A DNA stretch of 28,894 nucleotides from a virus (Duplodnaviria > Heunggongvirae > Uroviricota > Caudoviricetes). Numbering within the stretch: position 1 is the stretch's first letter; the number at the start of each line of letters is the position of its first letter. Positions 24,970 to 28,894 of the stretch are shown here, in pieces. The DNA is taken from IMG/VR virus record IMGVR_UViG_2534682060_000015, positions 1-28,894 of that record. One strand, written 5' to 3'. A program made the position numbers and the translations under genes. Under the pieces are notes generated by a model. It worked only from the letters and a program-made list of their open reading frames with translations. It was not told where the DNA came from and searched no databases.

Positions 24970-26811
24970 ATGTTAGACCTTACCGTCAGCCGCTTATCAA
25001 ACGTTGTCACCTTCCAGGTTGATCGACCATCATTAGAGAAAGCAAAAGCAGAAGTAGAAAAACTTCGTAAACAAATGGCGGCTGTGAAAGATATAGAATT
25101 GCGTGTTAAGACACATAAACAATCAACCGCTAAAGCAAAAAAAGACGTAGACGATATTGCTAAAAAGCAAGCACAGGCTGATAAAGCTAATGCTAAAGCA
25201 CAATTAGCCGCTCAACGTGTAGTTGCAAGAGAACAAAAAGCCCTGGCAGCACGCAAAGAGAAGGCAGACTTAAAACTGTTAGACGTTGGATCAAGCATTA
25301 GTGCATTGCACCGCCTTTCTGTAGCGGAACAATATAAAGCTATTGCACAGGCTAGAGAAATTGCCCTCCAATATGAAAGAGGAGCTATTAGTCTGGCACG
25401 TATGAATAGCCAAATGAAACGCCTACAACAGCAACAACGTAAGATTAATGGCAATCGTAACGCTCACGCTAAAGCCTATGCACCTGTTAAGGGTAGCGGG
25501 AGTATTGGCGGCGGTGCTGCGGCTGTTATGCTGGGTGGCTTAGGCGCTGGCGCTACGTATATGGCTATGAGCAAAGCCTCTGAATTTGTTACTAACAGCT
25601 TTGCGAATGCTGAAACGCTGGGTGAATTGTATAGCCGTGCCAAGCTGGGCGGTGTAGACGTTAACCAGATGAACAATATTGAGCAATGGGCATATAAAAA
25701 CGGCGTTGATTCAATGATGGGGGATCAAGGTCGTAGGAAGTATCTCGATCAGATGAAAGATGTACGGGAGAAGGCTACTAAATCTTATGATGAGGCTGAA
25801 TATGTAGTTGATAAGAAAACTGGTAAAGGAGAATGGAAGGGCGGCGATAGCGGCATCAATACTTTAATGAATGAAAGATTCCTAACTAAAAAGGATCTAA
25901 AAGACTTTGCTGATAATCCGGCTGGTCTGGTTAGTAAAGCAGTTCAGGGAATGGTAGCTAAAGGCTATTCAGATGCACAAATCGGTAGTCGTCTGGAAGA
26001 TCTGGCTGATGATTTGATGCTCACCTCTAAATACTGGACACGCTCCGCTAAAGAAGTGGAACAATCAGCACGAGAACAACGAGAATCAGGGCGCTGGGTA
26101 ACGCAGGCACAACAGGAAAGCGTTATTAAATTCCGTGAACTGAATAATGCACTTAGTGGGCTTTCTGACTCACAAGGGATCGCCTTTGTTGATGGCTTTA
26201 TGAAATCTCTTGATCCGAAAGTGATTGAAGAGTTTAAAAAGAGCATGGTTGCAATGCTGCCAATGTTTACCAAATTAGGCGAGGCTATCGGCGGATTGGT
26301 TAACGCTGTAATGAAAGCAATCAACTGGCTGATGAAAAACGACGAGAAGACGGCAGCTATTCAAAAGAATTTAGGGGATGCACCGCCACTATCTAACGAA
26401 GGAATGAAGCAGAATCTTTCTAATCTCACTCCTGATCAATATAAAGGCGCTGGCACCGGAACAACTAAGCCAGATAACAGCAATTCCCTGGTTAACACTA
26501 TTAAAAGCTGGTTTATGCCAGAAGAAACGGTAGGTGGGGCGCAGGCTGTAAATCAATACAGTCTCGAAGGACAAAACATTGCAAATCTGAAACAGAGTGC
26601 AGCACAACAAGCTCTCAAGGCTCCTTCTTACACCTTTGCACCTGTTATTAACTTCAATCCAGAATTACAAGTAAATGCAGAAGTGCCGCTAACTATCGAA
26701 TCAGACACCGGACGATTGAGCGAATTTATCGACTTCAAATCAAAGGCATCCTCCGCTGAGTTTAGCAAGCTATTAACGCTGGGTGTTATGTCAGGCGGGT
26801 CAACCTATTAA
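24970..26811 (+). CDS. phage structural-type protein with N-terminal coiled coil and glycine-rich hydrophobic segment (tape-measure-like or ejection/internal protein, 613 aa)
   Basis: Long Lys/Ala/Gln-rich predicted coiled coil (aa ~20-170), then GSGSIGGGAAAVMLGGLGAGATYMAMS glycine-zipper segment. Confidence 0.4.
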   Translation: MLDLTVSRLSNVVTFQVDRPSLEKAKAEVEKLRKQMAAVKDIELRVKTHKQSTAKAKKDVDDIAKKQAQADKANAKAQLAAQRVVAREQKALAARKEKADLKLLDVGSSISALHRLSVAEQYKAIAQAREIALQYERGAISLARMNSQMKRLQQQQRKINGNRNAHAKAYAPVKGSGSIGGGAAAVMLGGLGAGATYMAMSKASEFVTNSFANAETLGELYSRAKLGGVDVNQMNNIEQWAYKNGVDSMMGDQGRRKYLDQMKDVREKATKSYDEAEYVVDKKTGKGEWKGGDSGINTLMNERFLTKKDLKDFADNPAGLVSKAVQGMVAKGYSDAQIGSRLEDLADDLMLTSKYWTRSAKEVEQSAREQRESGRWVTQAQQESVIKFRELNNALSGLSDSQGIAFVDGFMKSLDPKVIEEFKKSMVAMLPMFTKLGEAIGGLVNAVMKAINWLMKNDEKTAAIQKNLGDAPPLSNEGMKQNLSNLTPDQYKGAGTGTTKPDNSNSLVNTIKSWFMPEETVGGAQAVNQYSLEGQNIANLKQSAAQQALKAPSYTFAPVINFNPELQVNAEVPLTIESDTGRLSEFIDFKSKASSAEFSKLLTLGVMSGGSTY

Positions 26812-26858
26812 TCATCACTGTGGGGCGGTTTAGCCCCCTTAAATAAGGATTACAAATT

Positions 26859-27536
26859 ATGGCAATGGGTCCGTTAACCATTGGTCGCCCGACTGAGGCG
26901 AAAATCAACAGCACAAGCAACGATAGCAACGGTAGAACAACTAAAGGGGGTAACGGCTTTGCGATCATTACCTCTAACCTCGGCAGTGGTGCAAATGCTG
27001 CTTACAATGACTACCAGGCATTATCATTTGATAGCGTGGAATCGACGAAAGTTAGCCGAAATGCAGACGTTACAAGCTATGCCGTCGAATCAGGATCAGA
27101 AGTTAGTGATCATGTTCAAATACGGAATAACAAGTTCACATTACAAGGGCGTATCTCTGAAACCGTATTGAAGCTCAATCCCGATATGATTAAGAATGCG
27201 GGAATTAACGGCAATCGACGTATGCTTATGCTTGAATACCTAAATCAGTTGATGGACAGTCGCCAACCTTTCCTACTTGTCACTGAGTTAAAAAATTATG
27301 ACAACGTTGTGTTAGTTGGCATGTCTTATGAAGAAGAAGCAAGCGAAAGTCTATTGTTTACTCTTGATTTTGAGCAAATCCGTCTTGTCTCTAAAGCAAC
27401 TACAAGCGCAATTGCGGTAAAAACAGCACCAAATAAATCTGTAGGGGGACAGGTTAAAATGCAGGTAAATACAACAGAACAGAAAAATCAAAAAAGCCCA
27501 GGGCAAGACGTTGTAACGCCAGTATTTAAACAATAG
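26859..27536 (+). CDS. hypothetical protein, possibly virion-associated (225 aa)
   Basis: Track ORF following the structural genes; Ser/Thr/Asn-rich N-terminus. Confidence 0.35.
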   Translation: MAMGPLTIGRPTEAKINSTSNDSNGRTTKGGNGFAIITSNLGSGANAAYNDYQALSFDSVESTKVSRNADVTSYAVESGSEVSDHVQIRNNKFTLQGRISETVLKLNPDMIKNAGINGNRRMLMLEYLNQLMDSRQPFLLVTELKNYDNVVLVGMSYEEEASESLLFTLDFEQIRLVSKATTSAIAVKTAPNKSVGGQVKMQVNTTEQKNQKSPGQDVVTPVFKQ

Positions 27537-27616
27537 CCTTAAACGCCTATGAAACGCTCTGTAACGAGATAATCATAAAAGAGGCATCAGTCTATATTGA
27601 AGCCTCTTTATTACGT

Positions 27617-28894
27617 CTATAGCGTTGTTTTACGCCTTAAATTTGATTTTTTATTGATTGATAAGCCTTTCTCTATTTCAGGGTAGCGTAAAAGCTCAAT
27701 ATATTTTTTAAGCTCTATTGGAGAAGCTGCATTTTTGCTATATGTGCGGAATGTTTCTGTATTGCCGCGTGTATGGCCCAGGAGAAGGGCGATCCTGTCT
27801 TCTGGAATTTGATTTCGATCAAGAAGCTGTGCTACTCCGTGTCTCAGAGAATGAAACACTTTCCTTTCTGTTCCCTTTTCCCCTAAAGCCTTTCGTTTAG
27901 CTCTTGTAAATCGTTGTGTATGCCACGTAGAGCGTTTACCGTCAGCACGCTCTGTAATGCTGGCGTGATAGAACAAAAAGCCATTGTGAGGCTTTTCACG
28001 AAGAGATAACACCAATGGAGTGATAAGGCTATGCACAGGCACAAGACGTGCCGCAGCTTTCGTTTTTCCCTGTGTGATTTCAAAACACAGCACACCTTCG
28101 ATCTCTTTCACATCGTCTATTGTGAGACTTGCTATCTCATTGATCCGCATCCCTGTATATAAACCGATAAGACATAAAGCCGTCATTTCTTTGTTTTCTG
28201 CTGAATTACCGGAAAATACTTGCAACACCTGCAATAGCTCTTTGTTAGAAAATGCCTCGTAGCTCTCTCTACTTTGTGCCACATCAAGCCTATGCCCTCG
28301 CCAGGGGGAGAGCGCCCTTTCTGGCGCATCGTGGTAACGTGATGAAGCTAATTCCCATAGCTGGGCCATTGGGCTGATATAATTTGCAATTGATTGTTGT
28401 GAAAGAGTTTTTTGCATGTGTTCAATCCAGCCTGTAACAGTGGTGCGGCTTACATCTTGCAATGCAATATCAGGCTTTTTACGGTAGGAGAGAAACATCT
28501 CTACCGCTTTTCTTGCCTTAGCTAAAGTGGCTGGCTTCTTCTTCGTGCTGTTAATTGTCAGGTAGATTTCAAGAATTTTAAGCAATGACGGACACGAAGA
28601 CGCTGTATCTTGCATTCTGGTAGCTGTTTTGGCGTATTTAGCCTTACTGCGTAACAGTTCCAGCGTGTTTTCTATTGTGCTGTTTACAGGGGCAACACTC
28701 TCCCGTAAGCAATGGTATTCATCTGCAATCTGATCACGCTTTCTACGTGCAACACGAAGATTACTTGTGTGCAGACTTCTGACAAACGTCCTTTTTCCTT
28801 CAAAAAAGGGCTGCATATACACAGGCAGCGTGATCCTTAAATAGTAGTTACCGTAAGAATCACAGATTAAGTATTGGTTAGGCTTGTATCTCAT
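27617..28894 (-). CDS. tyrosine recombinase / phage integrase (425 aa), start codon at the window edge
   Basis: C-terminal catalytic signature FHSLRHGVAQLL...LLGHT...TFRTYSK (HxxR, catalytic Tyr); RINEIASLTIDD segment typical of the family; the reverse complement of the last window bases is ATGAGATAC. Confidence 0.8.
   Translation of the reverse strand: MRYKPNQYLICDSYGNYYLRITLPVYMQPFFEGKRTFVRSLHTSNLRVARRKRDQIADEYHCLRESVAPVNSTIENTLELLRSKAKYAKTATRMQDTASSCPSLLKILEIYLTINSTKKKPATLAKARKAVEMFLSYRKKPDIALQDVSRTTVTGWIEHMQKTLSQQSIANYISPMAQLWELASSRYHDAPERALSPWRGHRLDVAQSRESYEAFSNKELLQVLQVFSGNSAENKEMTALCLIGLYTGMRINEIASLTIDDVKEIEGVLCFEITQGKTKAAARLVPVHSLITPLVLSLREKPHNGFLFYHASITERADGKRSTWHTQRFTRAKRKALGEKGTERKVFHSLRHGVAQLLDRNQIPEDRIALLLGHTRGNTETFRTYSKNAASPIELKKYIELLRYPEIEKGLSINKKSNLRRKTTL

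Noticed and set aside
15654-28894. Insertion sequence or transposon in the window
   Set aside because: No transposase-sized ORF with DDE-type features and no terminal inverted repeats flanking a gene were found; the mobility genes present are tyrosine integrases.

Overview
The window starts with a complete proA followed by tRNA-Thr (thrW, anticodon CGU). Downstream of the tRNA lies a ~14.2 kb integrative island (about 1428..15653), bounded by an 18-bp direct repeat of the tRNA 3' end. The island has a phage-satellite-like layout (P4-like/PICI-like): P4-type tyrosine integrase, AlpA-family regulator, antirepressor-like protein, a divergent small-regulator switch with palindromic operators, a large Walker A/B replication ATPase followed by a dense GGGATAT iteron field, a ProQ/FinO-domain protein, and a Nu1-like HTH protein next to a 6-copy repeat array. 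At the attR-proximal end, on the opposite strand and in visibly AT-richer DNA, sits a two-gene cassette: an unrecognised ~375-aa protein followed by a 499-aa protein with an N-terminal SIR2-type NADase domain (GAGFS, TTNYD and HG motifs). I read this as a candidate anti-phage defence cargo whose partner gene and SIR2 C-terminal domain I cannot place in any family from sequence alone; it is the most interesting object in the window. Past attR, a second, AT-rich phage-like region runs to the window edge. It has unusually long ORF-free stretches with structured repeats, a small regulatory/replication-like module, a putative head decoration plus major capsid gene pair, a coiled-coil/glycine-rich structural protein, and a second tyrosine integrase on the minus strand at the edge. 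All functional calls rest on motif recognition by eye; no database search was run.
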